This document shows, in pieces, positions 41,131-54,400 of a stretch of DNA of 64,000 nucleotides (positions are counted from its first letter, which is position 1; each line of letters begins with the position of its first letter). The translations under genes were made by a program, and so were the position numbers. This stretch comes from Lama glama (Eukaryota), in contig CM052817.1 in the NCBI GenBank assembly GCA_028534125.1, positions 50,842,001 to 50,906,000 on the forward strand, read 5' to 3'. The notes beneath the pieces are model-generated. The model was not told the origin of the DNA, made no database searches, and worked only from the letters and a program-made list of their open reading frames with translations.

Positions 41131-42722
41131 CAATATATGATAAAGATGAACAAAGGCTGGACAGAATTGCTTTCTTTGACTATTTGAACATCAGTCCAGT
41201 AAAACAGGGACCACGTTATATGTTGTGTGTAGGAAATAACAAGAACCAAAAAAAAAAAAAAGTGCTAGAGGTTATTGAGAAGGAATCTTTTAAAACCTGT
41301 TTTGCATATTTACAAACTGAGTGAAATCTAAACACTGCCTTAGAGGGTGTTAAGTCTCTGGAGGAGGAGAATGACTCTAGAGTTTGTAGAATGATACAAG
41401 CATAAGCTGGTACTGTAGTCAGATAAACTACTTGATTTTTATAATTGAGCACCAAAGTGGCATTGCCTTCTTCAGAGTGGTAATAACAAAGGTCAGTGGA
41501 GGGTCTGGCTCGAAACACCCTGCTTTCCGTTGCGTCGCCTCGCCATTAGATGATCCATCCTCATGTCAGAGGCTGTATCACTTTTGGCATCACTCTCTCC
41601 ACTTGCATTTTGCTCTTTATGCAGCTGCTGACCTTTTTTCCATTAAAATCATTGTTGTCCTAATCACGATCTATTCTGTTCAGCACTTTCATAATGTCTG
41701 TCACTTAGGAAATTAACACAGTCATAAAATTAGCAGTCAGATGACTTGAAAGATATCAGGAAACTCTCTAAACTTCTAAAGCTTACAGATAGTACATGAG
41801 TTCTTGCTGTTGTTTTAGTGAGTGTATGAGAAATGGGAAAAATCATACATAGCCTAATAATCTAATAATTTGTGATACAAATATATTATTTATCTGTAAG
41901 ACTTTTAATAATATTGCAAGTAAGACTTTTGACATAAAGACCAAGTAATATGTATCTAATACTTAGGCTGGCTTAATTATAAGAGTATAAGGCTAGCTTA
42001 AATATAAGAAGAGAATATGCATGTTTGTCCACAAAATGGGATTTAAAGCCATTTGACAGGTTGCCCCTAAATATCTCTTCTCAGCAAGGGCCCCAGACAA
42101 TCACTGGAATATTATCAGTTCAGGTAAACTACAATATTTCCATAGCAAAAAGTGTCTTCCAGTACTTTATGAGTCTCTGCCATGTCATTTGTAAAGTGAA
42201 GATAATGATACTGCCTGCTATTTATTTCACAGGGCTCTGAGGATCAAAAGTATTTTGTAAACCTTAATGTATTATATAAACGTAACTTAATATAAAATTT
42301 GTGAATGTATATAGCCCTTGGAGACACATTTGTCTATTAAGAGTTATTAGTATCTTAGTGTGAATCTGGTTCATGTTTGTAGAATGTTAAGAAGAACTGA
42401 CTTGAGGAGACCGGCATTAATAGGACCCGGGCTGCTACCTAGGGAAACTGATTTCAGAGTTCCAAAGAGAATGTTGGCCACCAAGGTCACAGGAGAGAGC
42501 TAGTGCCAGAGAGAAGCACAATATTCAAAAGATACTCATGGAAAAAGACTTTAGTGCAGTTTTCCTAGAAACATATTGGTGAACAAGCTTTTAGTGGTTC
42601 TTGTAAAATGTTATTTAAAAAAAATACAGAGAGTGTTTAATGAAACTCTATTTAAAGTAAAATGCTTTCTTTGGAGATTATGTGCTTTCTGCTCTGCAAG
42701 GGGGTAGTATTACCTATTGTTT

Positions 42723-42812
42723 CTTTCTTTCTTTTTTTAATGGAGGTACTTGGGGATTGAACTCAGAACCTCGTGTATGCTAACACTCTACCACTGAGCT
42801 ATTACCCTCTCC
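42723..42812 (-). mobile_element. tRNA-derived SINE, camelid (Vic-1-like) type
   Basis: Minus strand reads ggagagggtaaTAGCTCAGTGGtagagtg...gaGTTCAATCCccaagtacctccattaaaaaaa, i.e. Pol III A and B boxes plus an A tail. Possible TSD tattgttt (42715-42722 and 42817-42824). Confidence 0.85.
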
Positions 42813-42834
42813 TATATATTGTTTTCTATCACTG

Positions 42835-45300
42835 TGAATTTTTGTTTTAGCTGTTTTATTATGTTGTAATTTAGATTCAATAAAATTCACCCATTTTAAT
42901 TGTACACTTTGATGAATTCCTACAATTCTTTTTAGTAGTGTGCCCATCAACACAATTATGACATAGAATGTTTTCATACCCCAAAATAGGTCCTTTGTAC
43001 CTTTTTGCAGTCAGTCCTCTCCCACTATCCCCTGCCTCTGGCAATCATTGATCTGCTTTCTGTCACTATAGTTTTGCCTTTCCCAGACTGTCATATAAAA
43101 GGAATCATACCAAAAAAAATACAAATTTTATATACAAACCAGAAATAGACTCATGGACATAGAAAACAAATTGGGGGAAGGAAAGGGCTGTGGGAGGGAT
43201 AAATAAAAAAGGAATCATAATACATAGCCTTTGGGGTCTGATTTTTTTCACTTAGCCTAATGTTCTTGAAATTCGTCCATATTTTTGAATCTATTACTGG
43301 TTTGTTCTTTTTCATTTCTGAGTAGTATTTCATTGTACAAATATTACCACATTTTGTTTATCCATCTACCAGCTGATAGACATTTGGGTTGTTTTCAGGT
43401 TTGAGTTACAATGAATAATTTGCTCTTAATTTTACAAGTCTTTGAATAAGTGTATGTTTTCATTTCTTATGATTAAATATGTAGGGTTGGAATTGTTAGA
43501 TTATGAGTATGTTAACTTTATAAAAATCTGCCAAACTGTTTTTCAAAGTAGCTATACTACATGGCATTTCCATCAGTAGTATTTAAGAGTTCCTTTCACT
43601 CCACAACTTTGCCAACACTTGATATCCCCAGCCTTACTAATTTTAGTCATTCCAGTGGGCATACAGTGGTATCTCTCTGGCATTTTAATTTGCATTTTCA
43701 TAATGATGAATGATCATGAACATCTTTTAAAAGTGCTTCTCTGATAAAGGATCTGTTCAAGTCTTTTGCATGTATTTAAATTGGATTGTCCATTTTCTTA
43801 TTTTTTGAGTTATAAATTTCTTAACATATTTTGGATGAAAATCTTTTATGCAATAAATGTTTCCCAAATATTTCCTACAAGTTTGTGTCTTGTATTTTTA
43901 TTTTCTTAAGAGTATTTTTGAAGAGAAAAAATTTACAATTTTGATGGAGTCTAATTTACCTTTTTTTTTTTTTTAGTTTGTGCTTTTGGTGGCTGAAGAA
44001 CTATTCACCTAATCCAAGGTAATACAAAATTTTTTAATGATTTCTTCTATAAAATTTATAATTTAAGCAGTTATTTTTTCAGTCTATGATGAATTTCATG
44101 TTAATTTTTATGTACAGGGTAAAGATTTAGATCCCTTTTACAATAGAATTAGCCAACTTTCTTAATAATTTACAGAATTACTTTGGCATGTTTGTCAAAA
44201 GTTAATTGATCATATATGTGTAGTTCTATTTCTAGATACTCCCTTCTGTTCTATTGATCAACAGGTTTATGTTAATGCCAATACTTACTTGATTACTGTA
44301 GCTGTGTCCTACGTCTTAGAATCAGGTTGTGTTACTCCTCCAAATTGTTCTTCTTTTAAAAAATTCCATTGTTTATTTTGTATAATGTTTCATTTCCAAA
44401 TACTTTTGGAAATAGTTTGTCAGTTTTTATAACAACCTTACTGGATTTTGATTGGGATTGGTTGACTTTATAGATCAGTTTAATAAGAATTTAAATAAGA
44501 ATTTGTCTTTTTTTATGGTTTCTTCTGATCGTGAACATAGTATCGCCTCTTTTATTTAGCTCTTTCTTATCTTCTCTCCATGATGTTTTGTAGAATACAT
44601 GTTTGATATATCCTTATATGGTCTTTACAAATCATTTATTATTTTATTTTGATACTATTAAAAGTATTATATTTTAAATTTCTAATTGTTCACTGCCAAC
44701 ATACTGAAATACAATTGACTTTTTATATAATGATCTTATATTCTGTGACTTTACTCAGATTTTAATTCCATAGCTATTTTGGTGGATTTTAAATTTTGTT
44801 ATGAATGTAAGCATGTGTCATAAAAATAAAGTCAGTATTGCATCTTGCTTTCCAGTCGGTAGGCTTTTTATCTTGCTTACCTTATTACACTGACTTTGAT
44901 CTTCTGCATAATATTAATTGTAATATTTAAGGTAAGCACACACACAATACTTTAAATGAGGAAGAAAGCATCTAGTTTTTTTTATCATGGGTTATGTTGT
45001 TAGCTGGAGGCATTTATTATATCTTCCTCATCAGACTGAGGAAGTTTACTTCTATACTTAGTTTGGTGAGATATATGATAATAATGTGTATGAATTTCAT
45101 CAAACATGTTCTGCATCTGTGAAAATGACCATAAGGGGTTTTTTTTCTTTTTCAGTCTTTCAATATAGTGAAATACCTTAATTATTCTATTAGTTAATAA
45201 TAAATTAATTATTAATCCAAATCTGCATTGCTGAAATAACACTTCTTGGTCATGATGTACTGTAATTTTTGCATATTTTTGGAATTTGTATATTTTGTAT
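42835..45300 (-). mobile_element. Old L1 (L1MB/MC-type) 3'UTR and ORF2
   Basis: aataaaattcacccattttaattgtaca 3' end, then continuous degenerate antisense ORF2 (for example ctggattttgattgggattg and ggaagtttacttctatac). Confidence 0.85.
43110..43206 (+). mobile_element. 97-bp L1 3'UTR fragment with 13-bp TSD
   Basis: Similar to 26800-26890 (acaaaccagaaatagactcatggacatagaaaacaaa). TSD aaaaggaatcata at 43097-43109 and 43207-43219. Confidence 0.85.
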
Positions 45301-48300
45301 ATTTGTCATACTGTTATATTGATGGGTTCATTTTACTGAATTGGATCTGATTATGGTTTAATGCTCAATGACCTTTCAATGGTTCAATGACCTTAAACCA
45401 TTTAAAAAACTTGGACAAGGCAGTGTCTCATATGGGTAAGTCTGTTTAATGTAAATGACAATTTTTAAATTTGTAGATTATATATTTTCTGATTTTTCTA
45501 CCTATGCATTGTTTTGAACATTCTCTTTTTTTGTAATTTATTTACACATGAATTCAAAATTTTAGGAATCAGTAGTTCAGATAATCTTTTATCTTATACT
45601 TGAGTTATTAGAGCCAAGACAGGGACGATATTTTCACTCTTTGAAACAAGGTTTTGTTTCCTTTTTTAAAACACTTTCCACGGATAGAGTCAGAACTTTT
45701 ATATAACATCTAATACTACCTTTCCAAATGTTTTCAGGAAATCAGTTGCTCTCTCTTTCTCTCTCTCGGTCCTCTATCTGTGTATCATCTACCTAAAAAT
45801 AATACATATCCTGAAAGTAACAGAACTAGAATTTATGTTTGTAATTCCCTTATCACTCAAACATTAACAAATAGAAAAGGCATCCACAAATTATTGAACA
45901 AGGGACTATAGGATGGAAAATATACCACATATCATTTGTGCTTAAGATACTGAGTAAGTACATTAAGTGATTATGCTCTGAAATGAGATCATTGCATTGA
46001 GAGGTATCTTCTAATTAAATGCCAATATTAGTCTTATGAAAGAGTTTGTGATATGTACATTTTAAATGAAATAAGACTGCAACATCCTCTTTACTAAGGC
46101 AACATTTAAAGACATATTTGTTTAAAATGTGAAAGTGAGAAATACATACATTCTGTGTAATGAATCAGTGAAATGAGACATTGATTCTCTAAAGCTTTTG
46201 CATGGTAATACCTAGATGAAGTAACTTTCAGCTTTCAATTTTACATAAAGAAAATTTTCTGTTGATACTGATTAGTAACATAGCTTAATATAAACAACTG
46301 CAACTTAGTTAATAGAAATTTCCAGAGGTAAACACCTCTGTTGAAATGAAGCCTTTACCCTTTAATAAACTCCAGATAACAGAAAACTTCTAGAGTAGCA
46401 AATACGTTCAAGTGCCCTGGGGTATTTTCAATTATGTTGAGTCCCCTTAATGCAGCCTCAATACTAAAGTCTAGGATTTTGTCTAATTTCTGAAAGAATT
46501 CTAGATTAACTTACCTTGTCCCAGAAGCTTCGAACTCCCAAGCTTTGATGAAGTTGAAGAGGAGAACCCACCCAACTGCCTTTGAGTTCAGCATCTCCAG
46601 TTTATATATCATAGAAACAATTAAATAAATATGAAAAATTACTCCTGAGAGAATAAGAAACTATTAAATTTGAGATGCAGTTTATTACAGCTCAGAATCT
46701 CAGACCATTAAACCATACAGTTTTCTCCTGCTGTTTGAAGGCAAGGTTGTCCCTCTGTCTTGCTACCACAGCTGTGTGCATGTTATTTAGCTGCAATCCA
46801 GAAAGACTACTTTTGCACAACTCAATCAGATAATTCCCGTCCGTTTGATTAACTTTTCTTGACATACTCCTACATGCCACACTCTTCAAGGACAATGTTA
46901 CAAATCATACTAATATATCATAAGAAAAAATAATACAGTCCCAAATCAGGGAAAATTTAAAAATTTTAAAAAAAAATCCTGTAAGCTACTACTCATGAGT
47001 TTTTGTGATAATGCCAATGACTCTGCCATTATTAAGTCATAAAGTGGTGCACCCACTGTTTTCTCATTTTCATTCAGTGCTATCAGAAGTGGCTTGGCCT
47101 AATAGCACATAAGAGAATACAGATGCTCTTAAATGCGTGAAATTCATTCCCTGTTGATTTTCTGCATTCTGACTCACTTTGATTTCCTTCATTGCTCCAG
47201 TCTAACACTTTCAGAAACCATAAGTATTTCCAAAGCAGGAAAGAGTGTACATGAATCAACAGGCAGGCAGAAGTGGAGGGGAAGTACTGATGATCAAGTT
47301 GTACAGTAACTATCCTTCAATTAAGGAAAGTTCATTTCAAAGCTCCCTCTGTTCAAGAACAGTAAGGGGAAAAAAAGATGTTAATGTGTTTGGATTACAT
47401 TAAACTTTTAAGATTAACTAAAAGAAAGGGAGGGAAAAAGTGCTAATGGCAAGAGCACACGGAAGAGGCATTATTATATTACTGCTAATGCACATAAAAC
47501 ATTGCCTATTAAAATAGGATGGCAGTTTTACATCCTATTAAATATATCAAAGCTGTGCTTCAATTACAAATCCTTTTATATGCATGTTTTAACAAATACG
47601 TCTTTGATAATGGAATGTAGCTGCAACTTCTTAAATGCTAAACACGAGCTATACTGTATAATACAATGCCAAAAAGAAAAATTACCATTAGGAGGTAACC
47701 ATATTTTGAGATCTCTGATTTTATATATATATAAATATATATAATGAACTTTCAAGTGAGCAACTGGGTAGCAACTCAATTTAAGAGCCTGAGCCTCTGG
47801 GCTTGTGATGGTTAACAGGATATGTTGTGCTATTATTTTCACATGGTTATTTGTGGAAATAAATTATGTCCTTGAGATGGCATATGAATAGAAAGCACTT
47901 GATTATGTTTGTCTGTGATCTTATTTGTAAAATAACTGCAACAACTCTATTTGAAATCTAGATGGTAAAATTAACAAACTTTTCATCCTGAATGGCATAA
48001 GCAGTAGTTTTATGGAAATTTCAACTGCATCAGTGTTTAAATTTAGTCCATGACCTCTAAACTGTACAATTATGATTTTCTTACCTGATTAAAAATGGCT
48101 GGACAAAAATATAAGCAGTGATACTTTTTATTAATGGGATGCTAGGAGAGTGTGAAAGTGGCATAAGGAACATAATGCATGTTAAGAAAACGGTGATTTT
48201 TAAGTGATTACATGTCATGAATATGAACAAATAATATATTAGACACTAAAAAAAGACTGCTTTTTAGCAAACTCCAGTCTTACTTTTTATTCATGATTTT

Positions 48301-49219
48301 AAGTATGAACAAGGTTCTGTTTGTCTTAAAAATTATCATCTATGCATACAAATGTGTAAGTTTTTTTCCTACTAGAAATTGGAAACAATCCATTAAATCT
48401 AATTGCTTTGTTTTCTCCTTAAGTGTCATAAAATCCAGCCAAATTAATTACTCAATTAGTTCATCTTTTGTGATTTGGGTTCTTTTTTTCCTCCTTCTCT
48501 TATTCCTACTTTCTCTCAATTTCTGACCTTTCTAGGGTTGAAGTTTGAAGAGGGAAGCAACTAAAGAGACATAGAATTTCCTTCCTGTCTTGTGCTTTAG
48601 GAGCTGGAGCTGCACGTGGTGGTCTTGATAGTTGTTGAACTTTGACTCTTTCTCTGGAAGGAAATTGTTGTAAATTCTTGTAAGACAACTCCCTTACCAC
48701 CACTGCTTGGGATAAGTGATGCATTCTCCTTCATGGGTCCTTAAAACTTGTCTTTTGTTTTCCGGTTCTTGGGGTCTAATTAGAAAAGCTCTCTCTCTTA
48801 TTCTTAGGGTCCCATCAGTTAGCTCTCCTGTATATAAGGTCCCCATTTTGTCTATGGAAAAATCCTTCCTTCATTTTCTGCCTTACAAACTGTATGTGTG
48901 CTGGGTGATTCTACTTGATAGCTAAATTCCTCCATCTTCCTCTTTGAGTTGCTCATCCTTTAGATTTTTCAGAGAGGCTCATATACCAGTCCACTGAGCC
49001 CCAACAATTTTAAGAGATGCTAATTAACCCCTCCTTAAATTCCTTGCTTGATTTAAGCTGAGGTAGGAATAAATACCTACCTCTCCTCCTGTTGTGGCCA
49101 TCAAAGATTTTATTCCGTTTTGATTGTGAATCACTTTTGAAAGCTAAACTGACAAAAATAGTTAGTATTTAAGAAATAGAAAAATTGGGTTTGTTCCTCC
49201 TGAATAAAATTGTGGCTGG

Positions 49220-49793
49220 TGTGGTAGGCAGAATAATGGAACATTATTACTATATATTCCATTATTATATATTATATATTATTATATATATTCCATTATA
49301 TAGCCCCCTACCACCACTCCCACTCTCACCACAGATATTAGTGTCTAATCTCTAAGGAAAATGGTCTTTAGGATATGATTAAATTAAGGATTATCAGATG
49401 GAGAAATTATCTTGAATTGTCTGGATGGGTCCTACATGAAATCACAAGTGTCCTTATAAGAGAGAAGAAGAGGGAGATTTGATGCACATACAGAGAAGGC
49501 AATGTGAAGATGGAACAGAGAGATTAGAAGTGCCTGGCCTTGCTTGGAGTTTGGGATAATGCAGTCGCAGTTCAAGGCATACTGTGGCCAGCATCAGAAT
49601 CTAGAAGCCAGAAGGTATGGATTCTCCCCTAGAGTCTCTGGAGGAAGTGTGGCCCTGCCAACACTTTGATTTTTGGCTCAATGATACTGATTTCACATTT
49701 CTGGCTTTTAGAACTGTGAGAGAATAAGTTTCTGTGACTTTAAGCTGCCAAATTTGTTATAATTTGTTAGAGTAGCTATAGGAAAATGATACA
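49220..49793 (+). mobile_element. MaLR solo LTR (MLT1D-like)
   Basis: tgtggtaggcagaataatgg...gaactgtgagagaataag...ataca. Perfect TSD gctgg (49215-49219 and 49794-49798). Confidence 0.9.
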
Positions 49794-50889
49794 GCTGGAA
49801 AGAAAAGTTTCATTTTCTTCGTTTTGCACATAGTGTTGATGTTTGGTACTTGGTGATGCATCTTGCTTTGCTGCAATCAGTTGTCACTCAATGCTTTTTT
49901 ACTTTACAGTAGCACTGTAAGAAAATTTAACAGCTATAAAAATCATCAACAAATCTGTGAAATATATTTTTAAAACATTTTTCAAGATATACTTACAGAA
50001 TATGACTTTTTTTTATACCACATGGAAAGTAGTAGACTTTCAAGAGGACAGTCCTAAAGCATTTGTTTCTACTAAGGACAACCAAAATTCAACTTTTTCT
50101 CTGAAAGAAAAGGAAAACAAATGCTATTGGGGCATTTTGAAGGAAAAGGATTTTATTCATGAATTGGGTACCTGTGAGATTTTTTGATCACAAAAACGAG
50201 GTCAATCTTTGTGTTCAAGGTTCCAAAGTCACAATCATGAAAGTTACTAAATAGTTGTAAGGTGTCTTAGCTAAATTACTGATACTGATAAAAGAGAAGG
50301 GTCTGGTAGCCTTGAGTTCTTTCCAAAGCTGAAACAAGTGCTTTACTAAAATGGAGTTAAGATATGGATTTGTTCAATATTTTTGAAAATACAAATGTGC
50401 AAATACTTGGGAACATTTCATAATTCTTTAAAAATATATATTTATCTTGATGGCAACGACTTGAATCACCATTGTTTTCTGATTAAAATTTTTTTCAGAA
50501 ATGTTGACCTTATCAAAGGTAAACCCATCAAACTTAGAAACTAGAATAATTCACTAGAATTAGAAATTAAATCAGAACCTTGGAAAATGGGGGTAGGTAT
50601 TGAGAGAAGCCTGACTGAATCTGGGAAAAAAAATGAACTAAGGATATTTTAATTCCATTTTCAAACCATATCTTTACAAATCAGGGTTTTTCAATACTAA
50701 CAACTACCAAAACAAACAAACAAATCAATCAAAATTATATAAATACATAATATTTATTTTTCTCTCATTAAAGATTAAAATCTAATGTTTTTATTCAAAA
50801 CAAACAAAAACAGCCTTCCTAATGTTTCTATAAAAATGAAATGTAACCTGCCTTTCTGTTTGAAATATCTTGTTAGTATTACTAGAACA

Positions 50890-51040
50890 TAATTTTTAAA
50901 AATTGTTTAACCATATCTAAATATAATGGGTTTACTTTGAAATCCCATGTGTTTTATTTTATTGCATTAAAAATATTCCCCTGCAAAGGGATCTATGGGC
51001 ATCACTTGAGTGCCAAAGGGACGATGGCAGAAAAAGTAAC
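50890..51040. mobile_element. hAT-Charlie-type terminal fragment
   Basis: aaaggggatctatgggcatcacttgagtgccaaagggacgatggcagaaaaag resembles old Charlie termini. Confidence 0.45.
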
Positions 51041-51469
51041 AACAGCATAAACAGCCCCAGCTCTAGCTACTGTGTTCAGAACAGAATGAAGAAGGCAAGC
51101 AAAGGAGAAGCAGGAATAACAGAATGCTAATACTATAATCTAGGTGAAGGATGATGTGGTTTGGTCCATAGCTACACTAATAGAAATGGTGTGAAGTCCT
51201 TCTATTGTATAAATATTTTGAAGATTGAGCTAATAGAATTTTCTGACATAGTTTTTTCTTTGTTGTTTGGTTATCTGGATTTTTTTTTTCTATGTATTCC
51301 CTGTTTGTCCATCTATTCTATTAAACTGTCACTATTTTTTTCTCCATCCATATTCATCTTTTTATAGTCTGGTACAAATCCTTTGTTTTACTTCTATAGA
51401 AAATGACTTCTTCCACTCTTCTGGTATCTTCTGACTTGATTTATAATGTCTTTATTTGCAAAAAGTTAA

Positions 51470-54400
51470 TTTTTTAAAATTGAGGTATAGTTGATTTACA
51501 ATATTGTATTAGTTTCAGGTAAACAACACAATTCAATATTTTATAGGTAATACTCCATATAAAGTTATTATGAAATGTTGCTAATATTCCCTGTGTGGCA
51601 CAATACATTCCTGTACCTTATTTATTTTATACCTGATAGTTTGTACCTCTTAATCCCCTTCTCCTATCTTGCCCCTCTCCTCAGCCCTTTCCCCACTGGT
51701 AACTACTCGTTTGTTCTCTGTATCTGTGAGTCTGTTGCTGTTTTGTTATATTCATTTATTTGCCTTATTTTTTAGGTTCCACATATAAGCAAAAATATGG
51801 GGTTTATCCTTCTCTGTTCAACTTACTTCACTAAGCATAATAACCTCCATATCATCCATATTGTTGTGAATGGCAAAATTTCATTCTTTTTTTATAGCTG
51901 AGTAGTATTCTACTGTATGCATATGTTTGTGTGTGTGTATATCTCACCTTCTTTATCCATTCATCTGTTGATGGGCACCTGGGCTGCCTTCATATCCTCA
52001 CTGTTGTAAACAATGCTGCTATAAATATTGGGGTGCATGTATCTTTTTGAATTAGTGTTTTCATTTTCTTCAGATATGCACCCAGGAGTGGAATTCCTGG
52101 ATCATATGGTAGCTCTATTTTTGTTTTTTGAGGAACCTCCATACTGTTTTCCACAGTAGCTGCATTAATTTACATTCCCACCAATACTGTAAAAGAGCTC
52201 CCTTTTCTCCACATCCTTGCCAACATTTGTTGTTTGTGATCTTTCTGATGATAGCCATTCTAACAGATGTGAGGTGATACCTCACTGTGGTTTCGATTTG
52301 CAGGTCGCTGATGATTAGTAATATTGAGCATCTTTTCATTTGCCTATAGGCTGTCTGTATGTCCTCTTGGGAAAGGATGTATTCACATCTTCCCATTTTA
52401 AAAATCGGGTTGTCTTTTTTGATATTGAATTGTATAAGCTCCTTTTATATTTTGCGTGTAACCCCTTATTAGACATATTTGCAAGTATTTTCACCCATTC
52501 AGAGGTTGTCTTTTTGTTTTGTTGATGGTTTCATTGACTGTGCAAAAAGTTTTCATTTTAATTAGATCTCATTTGTTTATTTTTGTTCTTGTTTCCCTTG
52601 CATAAGGAGACATATCCAAGAAATTATTGTCATGACTTACGTCAAAGAGTGTACTGCTTATCTTATCTTCTGAATTCATTGATTTACATGTTGCTGTCCA
52701 ATTTTCCCAACACCCTATGAAGAGAGTGTCTTTTTTCCATGGTATATTCTTGCCTCCTTTGTTGAAGATTAATCGACCAATTTCTGGGCTCTCTGTTCTG
52801 TTCCATTGACCTGTATGTCTGTTTTTGTACCAATACCACACTGTTTTGATGATTGTAGCTTTGTAGTATAGTCTGAAGTCTGGAAGGGTTATGACTCCAG
52901 CATTGTTCTTTTTCCTCAGAGTTACCTTGGCAATTTGGGGTCTTTGTGGTTCCCTATGAATTGTGGAATTTTTTGTCTAGTTTTGTGAATAATATCATGC
53001 ATACTCTATAGATTGCTTTGGTTAGTATGGCCATCTTAACAATATTAATTCTTCCAATCCAAGAACATAGGGTATGTTTTTATGTCTTTGTATTCTTCAT
53101 CATTATTTTATAGTTTTCAGGGTATAAGTTTTACACTTCCTTGGTTAAGTTTATTTCTAGGTTTGTTTTTTTTTATGTTTTGCCACTTTAATTATGATAC
53201 ATTATGGTGTGGGTCTCTTTGGGTTCATCTTATTTGGGATTCTCTGTTATTCCTGTAACTAGATTTTTTTTTTCTTCATGATCGGTAAATTTTCTGCCAT
53301 AATTTTATCTAATACATTTTCTACCCTTTTCTGTCTCTTTTCTCCTTCTGGGACCACTTTAATGCAAATATTAGTATATGTGATATTGTTGAAGAGGTCC
53401 TTTAAACTATTCTCATTTTTAAAAATTTGTTTTTATTTTGGCTATTCTGATTGGGTAATTTCCATTATTCAGTCTTCTGCATCACTTATATGTTCTGAAT
53501 CACTTAATCTGCTGTTAATTTTTTTCCGTGTTTTTTCCACTTCACTTATTGTATTATTTAGCTCTAATTGGTTCCTTGACATATTTTCTAGTTCTTGTTA
53601 AAAAATCTTACTATGTTCATCTATTATTTTCTCCAATTCCAGTTAGCATTCTTATTACTATTGCTTTGAACTCTTTATCAGGTAAATAATTTGCCTCTGT
53701 TTCATTAGGGATATTTTCAAGGAGATTTTTCTTGTTTTTTCATTTGAAACATTCTTCTGTCTTCTCATTTTGTTAAACTTTCTCTATGTCTGTGAAATTA
53801 GGTGATGTAGTTACCTTGAAGTTGTGTCCTTGTGTGGGAGCATTATTATGCAGTCTGTGTGTACCCATTGCTTTGATCGGAGAACTGGATCTGAAGTGAG
53901 CATGGGCCACATCTTCTCCCAGGGTGTACTAGCAGGCATCACTTTAGTGGGAGGTATGGCTGGAGTTGGAGGGGCTAGAGCCAGAACCAGATGTAAGCTG
54001 TGGTTTCTTCTGTACTCAATGGCCATTCCTGCTCTATCATGAGTGGGAGTGGGGCATGAAGGGCTGGAGTAGGAGCCCTGAGTTTTCTTCCAAGTGTGAT
54101 GGTAGTCTCTGCCTTGGTTGAGGTCATGGCAGGGGCCTGAGGACTTGGGGCTTCACTTCTGTGCTAGTTTCACATTTTCCCAGTGTGTATGTGACTTGGT
54201 TAGAGGTTGGGTCAGGGCCAGAGGGGTTGGCGCCACACTGTTGAGCTGGGATTGCTCCCACCAGTGATGGCAGTCTGCACCCTGGAGCTAGTTTCACTCC
54301 TCCCAAATTGGACAGGGATAGACACATTGTTAATGACTTCTTCTGCTTTTGTCAGAGTCAGGGGTCTGAGCTGGCTCCATTCTCTCGAAGTGTGTGCAGT

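Noticed and set aside
41538..41556. CTCF-like motif ccattagatgat
   Set aside because: Several mismatches at core positions, so not supportable.
42740..42812. tRNA gene
   Set aside because: It has A and B boxes but a degenerate cloverleaf, an A-rich tail and a possible TSD, so it is a SINE.
2520..45395. Scattered 9-18 bp tandem duplications (about 2520, 3400, 17710, 30125, 35083, 44480 and 45365)
   Set aside because: Unrelated units with no regular spacing; ordinary slippage products, not a CRISPR-like or other array.
47505..47545. 9-bp inverted repeat aataggatg...catcctatt
   Set aside because: Too short for a pre-miRNA or MITE; likely chance or a micro-rearrangement.
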